Positions 20,528 to 31,006 of a stretch of DNA of 64,000 nt are shown here, piece by piece. The stretch spans positions 3,744,001 to 3,808,000 of the forward strand of contig OZ243913.1 in NCBI GenBank assembly GCA_965213705.1. The letters are read 5' to 3'. Each line of letters starts with the position of its first letter. The stretch's first letter is position 1. The DNA comes from Trueperaceae bacterium. GTDB taxonomy: Bacteria > Deinococcota > Deinococci > Deinococcales > Trueperaceae. The position numbers and the translations under genes are program-made. The notes beneath the pieces were generated by a model. That model had not been told where the DNA came from and searched no databases. It saw nothing but the letters and a program-made list of their open reading frames with translations.

Positions 20528-21145
20528 ATGAAACCGCATTTTTCAAAGCCGACTTCGGAGCCGAGGTGTGCCTGGGTGACGGGCGACCCGCTTTACCTCG
20601 AGTACCACGACCGTGAGTGGGGCGTGCCGCTGCACGACGACGCAAAACTGTTCGAACTGCTCGTGCTCGAGACCTTCCAAGCCGGACTGAGCTGGCTGAC
20701 GGTGCTCAAAAAGCGCGAGAACTTCCGGACAGCTTTCGACCACTTCGACGCTTCTAAAATGGCGCGCTACGACGGGGCAACGCTTGAAACCCTGCTGCAA
20801 AACCCCGGCATCGTCCGCAACCGCCTCAAGCTGCGCGCGGCGGTGGAAAACGCTCGAGCTTTCTTGAAGGTGCAAGAAACGTTCGGCTCGTTTGCAGGCT
20901 ACCTGTGGGACTTTATCGGCGGCGCACCCGTCCTCAACACTTGGGAGAGCAGCGCAGAGGTTCCCGCCGCCACGCCGCTCTCAGACCTTCTAAGCCGGGA
21001 CCTCAAACGGCGCGGCTTCAGCTTCGTCGGGCCGACCGTCGTCTACGCGTTCATGCAGGCGTCCGGCATGGTCATGGACCACACGACCGGCTGCTTTAGA
21101 CACGACGAACTCAGCCGCGAAGGGTTCAGGGAAAAGTCGCCGTGA
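20528..21145 (+). CDS. tag: DNA-3-methyladenine glycosylase I
   Basis: RCAW..YHDREWG..FQAGLSW..GIVRNRLK..FVGPT..DHTTGC. Confidence 0.95.
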   Translation: MKPHFSKPTSEPRCAWVTGDPLYLEYHDREWGVPLHDDAKLFELLVLETFQAGLSWLTVLKKRENFRTAFDHFDASKMARYDGATLETLLQNPGIVRNRLKLRAAVENARAFLKVQETFGSFAGYLWDFIGGAPVLNTWESSAEVPAATPLSDLLSRDLKRRGFSFVGPTVVYAFMQASGMVMDHTTGCFRHDELSREGFREKSP

Positions 21146-22163
21146 CCGTTTTGTCGCCGGTCATTTCAAGCGTGCAGGTGTCCTCTTGGAGACGGTCACA
21201 CCCGTTCCAGTTCAGCAAGACGCCGTCGGTGGCCTGCAAGGTCACGTTCGTCCCCACCTCGAAAATTTCGGTGCAGTCGCCGCCCGAGCGGGTACAGTTG
21301 ACGGTGTTGACGGGTGTAACGCTCGCGACGGTGCCGCCGCCGTTCACCTTCACCGTGAGGGTGGCGCTGGGTCTCACCTCGACCTTGACTTTTTTCTCGA
21401 CGCTGCCGAACTCGCTTTCAACTCTCAACGTGTAAGTCGTGGTGCCGCTCGGGCTGACGAGGGCGTTCGTCCGACCGGTCACGTCACCTACGGCTGGGGC
21501 AAGCTTGAGCTTTATCTCGCCCTTGCCCGCGACCTTCCACTCGAGCCGCGCGCTCTGACCGGCCAAAATCGACGGCGGCGTGACCGTGAAGCTTTTTAGA
21601 GTAGGCGGCGGAAAGGTAAAGTCGGCGACGACGTTTCGGTCGGCGGTCAGCTCGAGCAAACACACCACGCCCGTGCCGCTGCAGTCACCTTCCCAACCCT
21701 TGAAGAGCGCACCTTCGTCGGGAATCGCCTGAACGCTGACCTTGAGGCCTTTTTTGTAAACCTCTGCGCAGTCGTCGCCACAGTCGATGCCCTCGGGCGT
21801 GCTGACGACGCGGCCCTGCGCGGCCCCCGTCCGGGTGACGTTCAAGCTGTACCGGGTCCGCTCGAACGCGGCCGTGACCGTTTTGGGCGCGTCCAGCAAG
21901 ACTTGGCAGCTCGAGCCCGTACAAGCGCCGCCCCAGGCCGTAAACCCGGAGGTGGGGTTAGGTTGGGCCTCGAGCACCACCCGCGTGCCTCCGTCAAAGC
22001 TGCCGGTGCAGGTCTGGGCGCGACAGGTTAGGCCGGGCGGTCGGCTCGTCACCGTGCCGACCCCGTCGCCGGTCAGGTTTACGGTCAGTTCGACTTGGGG
22101 CGCGCCGCAAGCCGCCAGGCCCAGCAGGGTCGCAAGCAAAAACCACAAACGTGCGTTTTTCAT
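21126..22163 (-). CDS. Lipoprotein with three Cys-rich InlB B-repeat-like (Ig-like) domains
   Basis: Lipobox LAAC; three repeats G.G.V.S.P.G..C...C...W.G.C...VTA.F. Confidence 0.75.
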   Translation of the reverse strand: MKNARLWFLLATLLGLAACGAPQVELTVNLTGDGVGTVTSRPPGLTCRAQTCTGSFDGGTRVVLEAQPNPTSGFTAWGGACTGSSCQVLLDAPKTVTAAFERTRYSLNVTRTGAAQGRVVSTPEGIDCGDDCAEVYKKGLKVSVQAIPDEGALFKGWEGDCSGTGVVCLLELTADRNVVADFTFPPPTLKSFTVTPPSILAGQSARLEWKVAGKGEIKLKLAPAVGDVTGRTNALVSPSGTTTYTLRVESEFGSVEKKVKVEVRPSATLTVKVNGGGTVASVTPVNTVNCTRSGGDCTEIFEVGTNVTLQATDGVLLNWNGCDRLQEDTCTLEMTGDKTVTATFP

Positions 22164-22369
22164 CCTCAACTCCTAACGCAAACACGACGAACAAAGTTCG
22201 CTAGGTTGCCGAATCATACCTTTTAGGACGCCGGGTAAACATTAAGTTTGAGGGTTGTCGACTTAGGAGCTTGCGCCTTTAGGCCGGCGGGCCGTAAGAA
22301 TCCCGTTATAACGCTTCACCTAAACTCGAGCTGTGGGCTTGACTTGTTTCACCTAGCGGCGGTCCCGCC

Positions 22370-25300
22370 GTGCTGAGCGGTCCCGGAATAGCCGCCCTTC
22401 AAGCCGTTGCCGAACGCGGCGCGCGGCAAGACGCCGCAACGCTGCGCCCCGTGGGTTCGGTCGGCGCTCACGGCGCGCCGGACACCCTGGCGTCGGCAAC
22501 CGAACTCACGCTCGTCGAGCACTTGGGCGAGGGCGTGCTGCTGACCGACCTCGACGACACCGTCCTCTACGCCAACGCGCAGATTTTGGAACTCACCGGG
22601 TACACCCTGGCCGAGATGCTCGGTCGGCCCGCGTACACGCTGCTGTTGCCCGAGGCGCAGTGGCCGGACATCCGCGCGCCCGCTACCGCGGCAAAACCGA
22701 GCGCTACGAGGTCGAGTTGCAGCGCAAAGACGGCAGCCGTTTTTGGGCCGAGGTGACCGGCACACCGCGACGCGACGCCGCGGGCGAGGTCGTCGGGACG
22801 CTCGGGGTCGTCAGCGACGTCAGCGAGCGCAAAGCCGCCGAAGCGCAGCTGCAACAACAAAACGCCTACCTAGCGGCCCTTCACGAAACCTCGCTCGGGC
22901 TGATGCGGCGTTTGGAACTCGGCGAGCTGTTGGAAACGATAGTCGCCCGCGCGACCGACCTCGCCCAGGCAGCGCACGGCTTCGTGTACCTTGTCGGCGA
23001 AGACGGCCGCAGCATGAAAATCATGGCGGGCGTCGGCTTGTTCGCGAGCTACCGCGAACTTCACCTGCGGCCCGGTCAGGGTGTGGCCGGTCACGTCTGG
23101 GCGACGGGCGAGCCCCTGGCGGTTCAAGACTACGCGCTCTGGCCCGAACGCGTGGGCGACCGGCGCCTTGTCACGCTCAAGACCGTCGTCGGGGTGCCGC
23201 TGCGTTCGGACCCCCGCTCGGACAGGGTCACTGGCGTCATCGGCGTCGCCTACGACAGGTCCGTCCCGACCACGGCGCAAACGACGGAGTTGCTCGGCAG
23301 CTTTGCCAAGCTGGCCGCCATCGCCCTCGACAACGCGCGGCTTTACAGCCACGCGCAGAGCGAACTGCAAGCGCGCGTCCGCAAAGAAGCCAGACTGCTC
23401 GAGAGCGAGCAGCGCCACCGCGAGCTGTTTTTAGAAGCTCGGCAGCAGGCCAAAGAACTGCAACTCCTCGACAAGGTGCGTTGCGCCGTCGCCGCCGAAC
23501 TGGAGCTTGACAGCCTGCTGCGCACCACCGTCGGGGCCGTCGCCGACACCTTCGGCTACGCGCTCGTGAGCTTGTACTTGCTGCGGGGCGAGGCGCTGCA
23601 CCTGCAGCACCAGGTCGGTTACCACCAGGTCATCAAGACGGTGCCGCTCGAGTGCGGCGTGATTGGGCACGTAGCCCGCAACGGCGAGCCGGCGCTGCTC
23701 GAAGACGTCCGCAGCGACCCCAGGTTTTTAGGCGCCGTGGGCGGCATCGTTTCGGAGATTTGTGTACCTTTTTTTGATCAGGGCCTGGTCGCCGGCGTTA
23801 TCAACGTCGAAACCACGCACAACGTCACCTTGACCGGAGCCGACTTGCGGCTCATGACCGCGCTGGGGTCGCAAATCAGTGTTGCGGTCGAAAAAGCCCG
23901 GCTGCACGCGCGCACCAAGGCCGACCTAAAGCGCGCCCACGCCCTCTACCGGGTGAGCCAGGCCGTCGCGACCTCGAACACGGTTGCCGTTCTGTTGGAA
24001 CGGGTTGCGCGCGACGTTGCCACCGCGGTCGACGCCGACCGGGTAGCCGCTTACGCGCTCGACGTGGGTAGGCGCGAGGTTTTTGCGGCGAGCGTGAGCG
24101 CGTCGGCGAGTGTGCGTCCAGGGGCGGCGCCGCTGGAACCTTTAGGTTTCGAGGCGCTGTGGGCGGGCTCGCTGGGCCAGGCGCTGCGGGAACGGCGCAC
24201 GGTCTCAGGTCCGGGAGGGGCCGACGCGGCGCTGGCGGTCCCGCTACTGTTCGAAGACAAACCGTTGGGAGGTTTGACCCTTTGCAAACACCGCGGCGCG
24301 CCCGACTTTGACAGCGACGACCGCCAACTCCTAGAAGCCATCGCCAACCAGGTCGCGGTCGCCGTGGAGCAGCGGCACCTGCTCGACCGGCTCGAGCACC
24401 AGGCCTACCACGACGCCCTCACCGGGCTGCCCAACCGCCTTTTGTTCGAAGACCGTTTGGCGCAGGCCGTCGCCCGCTCGGGTCGCAGCGGGCAACCCTT
24501 CGCGCTGCTGTTCGTCGACCTCGACGAGTTCAAACACGTCAACGACACCTTCGGGCACCACGTCGGCGACGGCCTGCTGCGGCAGGTCGCCGCGCGGCTC
24601 GGCGGCTGTTTGCGCCAGGGAGACACGCTAGCGCGCATGGGCGGCGACGAGTTCGCCCTCGTCTTGACCGACTTGGGCAGCGCCGACGGCGTGCGCGTCG
24701 CGCAGCGTTACTTAGAACTGTTCAAACACCCGTTCTGCACCGAAGGCCACGAGCTGTTCGTCACCGCCAGCATCGGCGCTTGTATCTATCCCAAGGACGG
24801 AACCGACGCCTCAGTTCTGCTTCAGCACTCGGACAGCGCCATGTACAACGCTAAAACGCACGGCAAAAACGCGGTGCGCGGCTTTACGCCCGAGCTAGGT
24901 CAACAAGCGCGCGAGCGCCGCGCCCTCGAGCGCGACCTGCGCTTCGCCCTAGAGCGCGGTGAGTTGGCGCTTTACTATCAACCTCAGCTCGAGCTTGAGA
25001 CCTGCGGCGTGGTCGGCTTCGAGGCGCTGCTGCGCTGGCACCACCCCGAGCGCGGGGCTGTGCCGCCGAGCGACTTTATCCCCGTCGCCGAAGCGTCGGG
25101 GTTGATTGTGCCCATCGGCGCGTGGGTGCTGCGTGAAGCCTGTCGCCAAAACGCCGCCTGGCAGCGCGCCGGACGGCCGCCGGTGCGCGTGGCGGTCAAC
25201 GTCTCGGCGCTGCAATTCACCCGCGCCGACTTTATCGACACGGTGCTCGCCGCCCTTGGTGAGAGCGGTCTAGCGCCCGCTTTTTTGGAACTCGAGGTGA

Positions 25301-25695
25301 CCGAGAGCGTGGTGATGTTCGACTTGGAGCTGGTTGTCGAGCGCTTGCAAACTCTCCGCGACTTGGGCGTCCGGGTCGCCGTGGACGACTTCGGGACCGG
25401 CTACTCGTCGCTGCGCTACCTGCAAGAATTGCCGCTCGACAGCCTAAAAATCGACCGCTCGTTCGTCGGCCTCGTCGGGTCCGAGGGTAAGCCGCCCGCC
25501 CTCGTGGGCCTCATCGTCAAACTCGCCGAGGTGATGGCGCTCCGGGTTGTCGCCGAAGGCGTCGAAACCGCCGCGCAGCTCGAGTACCTGCGCAGTCTCG
25601 GCTGCCACGAGGTGCAGGGCTACCACGTCGGCAAACCTCAGACCGGCGACAAGGTGTGGCCGATGCAAGAACGGCTGAAAGAGCTGGCGGGTTAG
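22370..25695 (+). pseudogene. PAS-GAF-GAF-GAF-GGDEF-EAL c-di-GMP enzyme, frameshifted within the PAS domain (~22675)
   Basis: PAS N-half in ORF 22370, C-half (RKDGSRFW) in ORF 22660; intact GGDEF, EAL, DDFGTGYSSL, EGVE motifs; real lesion versus assembly error unknown. Confidence 0.75.
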
Positions 25696-25730
25696 CTTAG
25701 TTGACGTTCGTCCTTTGGGAAAAGAGGCGG

Positions 25731-25909
25731 GAAGTAGACTCGAGACACTGGCGCTTGGCACGTTTGTCACGACAGAGGGCGGCAAAACTTGCGCAGGTAA
25801 GTCGAAATAGCTCTTCCACTTGACATTGAAACAAATTGGTGAGACAAATCGGCTTTGACCTTACCCTCCTTTTGAGGGAAGGGAAGGTAGCCCTGTAGGG
25901 GTCTACTTC
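25731..25909. ncRNA. Candidate ~180-nt structured RNA or small element
   Basis: GAAGTAGAC/GTCTACTTC closing stem, inner TTTGTCAC/GTGAGACAAA stem, side hairpin CCTTACCCTC/GAGGGAAGG. Confidence 0.3.
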
Positions 25910-25975
25910 TGAACTTGCGCGTTGGTACGTCTCAATCGCTCCTGGAACCGCTGAAACGCCTGCAGGATGCCAGCT

Positions 25976-26815
25976 TCAGCGCGCCATTTTTAGAGCTATC
26001 ATCCGCCCCGTGGGCGTGTCGGCGACGCCACCCTCGCCGGTTTCGCGCAACTCGGGCGGCAACATCCGCCCGACCGAGGCCATCGCCGCCACGACCTCGT
26101 CGGGCGGGATGACGCTTTCCAGCCCAGCCAGCGCGAGTTGCGCCGAACTGACCGCGTGGACGCTGTAGAACGCGTTGCGCGACACGCAGGGCACCTCGAC
26201 GTAACCGCCGACCGGGTCGCAGACCAAACCGATGGTGTTCATGAGCGCCATCGTCGCGGCGTGAATGGCCTGTTTGGCCGCACCGCCGAGCAGTTCGCAC
26301 ACCGCCGCCGCCGCCATCGCCGCCGACGAGCCGATTTCCGCCTGACAGCCGCCACTGGCCCCCGCGATAAACATGCTCTTGCTGATAATTTGCCCGACGC
26401 CCGCCGACAACACGAGCGGCATGACCACGGCCTCGTCGTCCAGCCCTAAGTGGTCGGCCACCCCGAGCAGCGCGCCCGGCAGCGTACCCGCGCTGCCCGC
26501 GGTCGGCGCGGCGACAATTCGGCCCATGCGCGCGTTTTCCTCGTTGACGGCCATCGCGTAAGCCTGCACGCGTTTTAAGAGGGGGGCTTGCAACTTGTCT
26601 TGACTTTCCCACAGCGTTTTCGCGTTCCAGCCGACCATGCCCGTTCTGGACGGTTTGTCGGAGCGCAAACCGCGCTCGACCGAGTCGCGCATTTCGGTGA
26701 GGCGCGCGCGCATCTTGTCCAAAAGCTCGTCGCGCTCGGCCTCGTTCAAACCCTCTTCGGCCAACACGGCGGTGGAGGCGGGACCGGCAACCTCGGCAAG
26801 TTCGTTTAAATTCAC
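25976..26815 (-). CDS. sdaAA: L-serine dehydratase (Fe-S), alpha subunit
   Basis: [41 protein letters not shown]. Confidence 0.95.
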   Translation of the reverse strand: MNLNELAEVAGPASTAVLAEEGLNEAERDELLDKMRARLTEMRDSVERGLRSDKPSRTGMVGWNAKTLWESQDKLQAPLLKRVQAYAMAVNEENARMGRIVAAPTAGSAGTLPGALLGVADHLGLDDEAVVMPLVLSAGVGQIISKSMFIAGASGGCQAEIGSSAAMAAAAVCELLGGAAKQAIHAATMALMNTIGLVCDPVGGYVEVPCVSRNAFYSVHAVSSAQLALAGLESVIPPDEVVAAMASVGRMLPPELRETGEGGVADTPTGRMIALKMAR

Positions 26816-27576
26816 CTTGTGTCCTCCTTTACCGCGTCGCCGCTCATCACTTCGGGCAGCAGGCGCAACCAGCTCACCGAAGGCAAGCCGGACAAGTAGT
26901 CGCGGGCGTAGCCGCCCAGGGGCCGGTCTATTTCGAGCGACATCAGCGCCTTGCCGCCGCGGCGTTTGCGGGCGCTGTGCAAGGTGGCGATGTTGACGTG
27001 GTCGTCCGCCAACACGCGCGCCACGCTGGCGATGACGCCGGGCCGGTCGTCGTGTTCGACGAGCAGCGTGTGGTACGCGCCGGAAAAGTGTATTTCAAAA
27101 GAGTTGACGCTGAAAACTTTCACCAGACCGCCGCCCAAGCTCGAGCCCACCACCGTGACGCGTTCTGGCCCAGCCGCGTTCGTTCCAGTACCGTTCGTCC
27201 CGTCTTCAGTTGTTCCAGTCTCACTTGTCCCAGCCTCATTTGGTCCAGTCTCGAGGTCGAACTGCACCGTGTTCGGGTGAACGTCGCCCAAGTCCTTGCT
27301 GGCAAAATCGATGTCGAGCCCCCGTGCTGCGGCAAGCTCGAGCGCGTTCGGCAAGCGGTCGTCGTCGGGAAACAGCCCTAACAGGCCCGCCGCCAGGGCC
27401 AGGTGTGTGCCGTGGCCGTGGCCCGTCTTAGCGAACGAGCCGTGCAGCGTTAGTTGGGCGCGCGTGGGCGGCGCTCGCAGGGTAAAGCGTGCCAGCAGCG
27501 CCAGGCGGCAAGCTCCGGCGGTGTGGCTGCTCGAGGGGCCGACCATGACCGGACCGATAACGTCCAAAAGGCTCAT
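26812..27576 (-). CDS. sdaAB: L-serine dehydratase beta subunit with ACT domain
   Basis: [36 protein letters not shown]; low-complexity insertion at ~27168-27252. Confidence 0.95.
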   Translation of the reverse strand: MSLLDVIGPVMVGPSSSHTAGACRLALLARFTLRAPPTRAQLTLHGSFAKTGHGHGTHLALAAGLLGLFPDDDRLPNALELAAARGLDIDFASKDLGDVHPNTVQFDLETGPNEAGTSETGTTEDGTNGTGTNAAGPERVTVVGSSLGGGLVKVFSVNSFEIHFSGAYHTLLVEHDDRPGVIASVARVLADDHVNIATLHSARKRRGGKALMSLEIDRPLGGYARDYLSGLPSVSWLRLLPEVMSGDAVKEDTR

Positions 27577-27627
27577 CGCCTCAGTTTAGTTTGTTTTGAG
27601 GTGTGCTTGCTGAAAACGGGACTTGAC

Positions 27628-27921
27628 TTAGGCCTTGACGGCTTCCTTGAGCGCCTTACCGGGTCGAAAAGCAGGATACTTGCTGGCCGGAATCTTGATG
27701 CGTTCGGTCGTGCCGGGTTTGACACCCGCGCGCGCCTTACGACTGCGCACTTCGAAGGTACCGAAACCGGTGAGCTGAACTGTTTGGTTCTTGTCCAGGT
27801 GCTGAGTGATGTGAGTAAGCATCGTGTCGACCACGGTTTTGACGTCTTTTTTCGTCATACCCGTGTCGTCGGCAACGAGGTCGACCAAATCGGCTTTAGA
27901 AACGGTCTTCTGCTTCGCCAT
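27628..27921 (-). CDS. hup: HU DNA-binding protein (paralog 1)
   Basis: VQLTGFGTFEVRSRKARAG..PAFRPGKALK. Confidence 0.95.
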   Translation of the reverse strand: MAKQKTVSKADLVDLVADDTGMTKKDVKTVVDTMLTHITQHLDKNQTVQLTGFGTFEVRSRKARAGVKPGTTERIKIPASKYPAFRPGKALKEAVKA

Positions 27922-28175
27922 AAGCTCCTCCTAAATTTTTGTTTCGTGAGCACTCTAGCATGGCGATAATGAGAAAGCAAGTTCCTCACGTCGTTTTTGG
28001 GGTTGGCGAGGCGGCCGTAAAGCAGGCGTGACCTAAGCTTTGAAAACCCTCGTTTCCGCGGACGCTCTCTTCAAATTCTGCGCAGAGCGTGCCCTCAGGT
28101 GCCCGGACTCAGGAGGAGAGTCTCGACATGTACCGACATACAGTGGTGGGCAACGAAACTCCGTTTGAGGCGTCA

Positions 28176-28214
28176 ACTAAAAAAGAACGACTGCCTGCGC
28201 CGCTCTTTTTTAGT
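28176..28214. terminator. Possible bidirectional terminator after CRP gene
   Basis: ACTAAAAAAGA...TCTTTTTTAGT inverted repeat. Confidence 0.55.
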
Positions 28215-28271
28215 GTCGTTTTTAAGTTTACCTTGTAGCTGGTTTGTGGCTGATTCGTGTCGGAAGAGCGT

Positions 28272-28916
28272 CTAAAAGCCCTCGGCGATGTCGCTCAGGC
28301 CAGCGGTGTCCAGCAACACGATACTGCGGTAGCCCGACTCGATGAGGCCGTCGCTGCGCAGTTCGGTGATGATTTTCGACACGCTCTCGCGCGTGCTCGC
28401 CGTGCCCTCGGCGATAAGTTCGTGCGTGGCTGAGACGACCGGGCGCCCCGACTCGTCGGCGGTGCAGAGCGGCGTTTCGGAGAGTTTGATGAGGTAACGG
28501 GACACGCGTTGGCGCAGGTCACCCGTCTGCAAGTGATATTCGTAGTCCATCAGGCGCTGCATCTGTTTGGACAAGGATTGGGTAATCGTCATGAGGTCGC
28601 CGTAGTTGATGAGTTGGGGGTCGATGGCCTCGATTTGGGCGCTGGTCAGGGCCTCGGCAATTTCCTCGCGCTTGCCGCTCATAAACGCTTCTTCTCCAAA
28701 AAAGTCACCGGGCATGACGTGGCGAACCGTTAACACACGGCCCTCGGGCGTCATACGGGTGATGCGAATAAGACCGTCACGGACGCGAAAGACCGACTGG
28801 GCCGGGTCGCCGTTGTGGTAAAGCGTTTGCTTGCGCTGAAACTTCAGCGTTTGAAAAGGTGCTTCTAAGGTGGGGTACTCGCTTACGGTTTCGGGCACTG
28901 AGTGTAACGTCATCAT
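28272..28916 (-). CDS. CRP/FNR family regulator (LdrP/DdrI-like)
   Basis: PGDFFGEEA cNMP-fold; THELIAEGTASTRESVSKIITELR HTH. Confidence 0.9.
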   Translation of the reverse strand: MMTLHSVPETVSEYPTLEAPFQTLKFQRKQTLYHNGDPAQSVFRVRDGLIRITRMTPEGRVLTVRHVMPGDFFGEEAFMSGKREEIAEALTSAQIEAIDPQLINYGDLMTITQSLSKQMQRLMDYEYHLQTGDLRQRVSRYLIKLSETPLCTADESGRPVVSATHELIAEGTASTRESVSKIITELRSDGLIESGYRSIVLLDTAGLSDIAEGF

Positions 28917-29283
28917 GAAACTGCCTCCCTGGGCGTGAATGGCGCACAGCTTTTCGCTACGCAGATTTTCGTTGTGCAGGTGCGGTGTTTGACTATAAAC
29001 AGGTACGGTGTTTGACTACAAAGAGGTGAAGCCTCGAGTCCAAACCTGAAACGCTTGCTCACATGGTCGACTTTCCGCAAGTTCTGTAACTCACTCATGC
29101 CCTCCCCGGCTGGCGCGACGTTTTTGCTGGGTTGCCCGTTTGCGAAGTCGCTTCGGCCGCTCGCGCTGGCGACCTCACGACTCCGCAAACCGTCCAAAAT
29201 CGGACCCGAACGCTTGACAAGACAGTTCTCAGTAACGCGGTTTATAGAAACGTTCCCAGCGACAGAAAAGTTGAGGTTTTGCA

Positions 29284-30174
29284 TCAGCGGTCTACTTTCT
29301 CGAGCAACGTCGTCAAAGTCCTGACGACCTCCGACAAAGAGTTGGAGAGGTACTTGCCCCCCAAACTTCTGGCTAGTTCGGGTTGTTGGTCGAAGGCTAC
29401 ACCGCCGAAAACGAGCACGGGTGCGATGTTGCGGAGCATTTCGCGCTTCGCCATAAGCCGTTCTACCGACGTGCTCAGCGAGGCTGAGACCATGACCGCC
29501 GCAGGTGTGAGCGTCCTCGCCATGTCTACCAAGTCCGGAACGGGTGTGTTGGCACCGACGTAGTAGACCCGGTAGCCCGCGCGTTTGATAAGCACGGCCA
29601 ACATGAGCGCGCCGAGTTCGTGCTGGTCGTGCGGAGCGCAGGCCACGATGACGGCCGCCGCCTTGGAACGGCTGGGGGTAAGGCTGAACAGGGCGCGCAA
29701 CCGCCCCTGCAAGTACTGGCTCGCAAAATGCTCGGTCGCCACGTTGATTTCACCGCGGTGCCAACGCTCGCCCAGCTCTTGCATGACGCCTTGCATCAGC
29801 TCGAGCATCACCGTGTCAACCGTGTGCAAGGCGTAGGCCTCGCTCAAGATTTCGTCAGCGCGCACCTCGTCGAGGTCCAGAAAAGCCGCCAGCAGTTCGT
29901 ACAGAAGCGTTTGGCTCGCGCGCGGCCCAACCGGCGCGACGCTCTGGTGCTTGACGAGTTCGGCGGCTCGGGAGGCCGGAACGCCGTCTTCGATGTGGCG
30001 CTTCATTCCCTCTATTTGCTCTAGGTCCAAGTCGCTGTACAGGCGGTAGCCCGAGTCCGAGCGCTCCGGCAATGGGAACTCGTAGCGGCGTTCCCACTGG
30101 CGCAGGGTGCTGGCCGGCACCTTGGTCCGCTCTTCAACTTCGTTTACCGTGTATTTGCCGGCCACCCGGTTCAC
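29284..30174 (-). CDS. carH: CarH/LitR-type B12-dependent MerR photoregulator
   Basis: TLRQWERRY..GYRLYS MerR head; W-x9-EH (WHRGEINVATEH) and DQHELG cobalamin motifs. Confidence 0.85.
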   Translation of the reverse strand: MNRVAGKYTVNEVEERTKVPASTLRQWERRYEFPLPERSDSGYRLYSDLDLEQIEGMKRHIEDGVPASRAAELVKHQSVAPVGPRASQTLLYELLAAFLDLDEVRADEILSEAYALHTVDTVMLELMQGVMQELGERWHRGEINVATEHFASQYLQGRLRALFSLTPSRSKAAAVIVACAPHDQHELGALMLAVLIKRAGYRVYYVGANTPVPDLVDMARTLTPAAVMVSASLSTSVERLMAKREMLRNIAPVLVFGGVAFDQQPELARSLGGKYLSNSLSEVVRTLTTLLEKVDR

Positions 30175-30185
30175 TTCCCTCCGAC

Positions 30186-30247
30186 AACCTGTACAAAGTC
30201 TGTACGAAACTTCAAACAGTATAGTAGGCTGCTACGCATTTCGTCAA
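30186..30247 (-). promoter_or_regulatory. carH promoter with candidate tandem-repeat operator
   Basis: TTGACG-18-TATACT on minus strand; TGTACA (30190) and TGTACG (30201) at 11-bp spacing just downstream of -10. Confidence 0.6.
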
Positions 30248-30417
30248 CGTTACCAAAGTACCTAGCTGACAGGTACTTCAGACATCATAAACAGTTATTG
30301 TTGTTGCAGTCGAGTATTTTGATGTACTGGAGCTTTCGGAAAAGACTCCCTTCGCCCTTGCGAGCGGGGCGTAGAGTCTTTGAACAGCTTTGCCCTTTGA
30401 AGGGGTAAACTGTGCGA

Positions 30418-30882
30418 ATGAACACCAAAAAGAAGGTCGACTTGTACACGGACGGTTCCTGCGATACCGGCACCCGACGCGGGGGCTGGGCTTACTTGCT
30501 CGTTTACAACGGGGTCCGCCAGCAGGCTGCAGGTTTCGAAGCCGACACGACCAACAACCGCATGGAACTGAGCGCCGCCGTGAGGGGGCTGGAGCGGCTC
30601 AAAGAAAGCTGCTGCGTCACTCTTACGACCGACTCGCAGTACCTGCGCCGCGCCTTCACGGACGGCTGGTTGAACACGTGGCAGCGCAACGGTTGGCAGA
30701 CCTCGGCTAAAAAACCCGTCAAAAACAAAGACCTGTGGCTCGAGCTGCTGGCTTTAGCGGCGGTTCACGAGCTTGCCTGGGCGTGGATCAAAGGCCACGC
30801 GGGCCACGCCGAAAACGAACTCGTCGACGCCCTAGCGTTGCAAGCGCGCAAAACGGGCAAGTCGTTCGGAGAGGGCGCTTGA
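30418..30882 (+). CDS. rnhA: Ribonuclease HI
   Basis: YTDGSC, TTNNRMEL, TDSQY, VKNKDLW, KGHAGHAENE; TAAACT 6 nt before ATG. Confidence 0.95.
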   Translation: MNTKKKVDLYTDGSCDTGTRRGGWAYLLVYNGVRQQAAGFEADTTNNRMELSAAVRGLERLKESCCVTLTTDSQYLRRAFTDGWLNTWQRNGWQTSAKKPVKNKDLWLELLALAAVHELAWAWIKGHAGHAENELVDALALQARKTGKSFGEGA

Positions 30883-31006
30883 AAACGAGCCCGAGAGAGA
30901 TGGACGGTCAGCTTGTTAGCTGGTCCTGTGCCGAACGAAGACTCTCTGCTGATTTAGCGCTTGAGAGTCTTCGTTTGGCACACTTTATTCAGGGGAACGG
31001 CCGGGC

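Noticed and set aside
25731..25909. SRP RNA or c-di-GMP riboswitch
   Set aside because: No proper SRP domain IV motif or GCAAAC..GCAAAGC spacing; kept only as a generic structured candidate
28129..28239. 36-codon plus-strand ORF after AGGAGG
   Set aside because: RBS spacing is long, the ORF runs through a terminator and has no recognisable features
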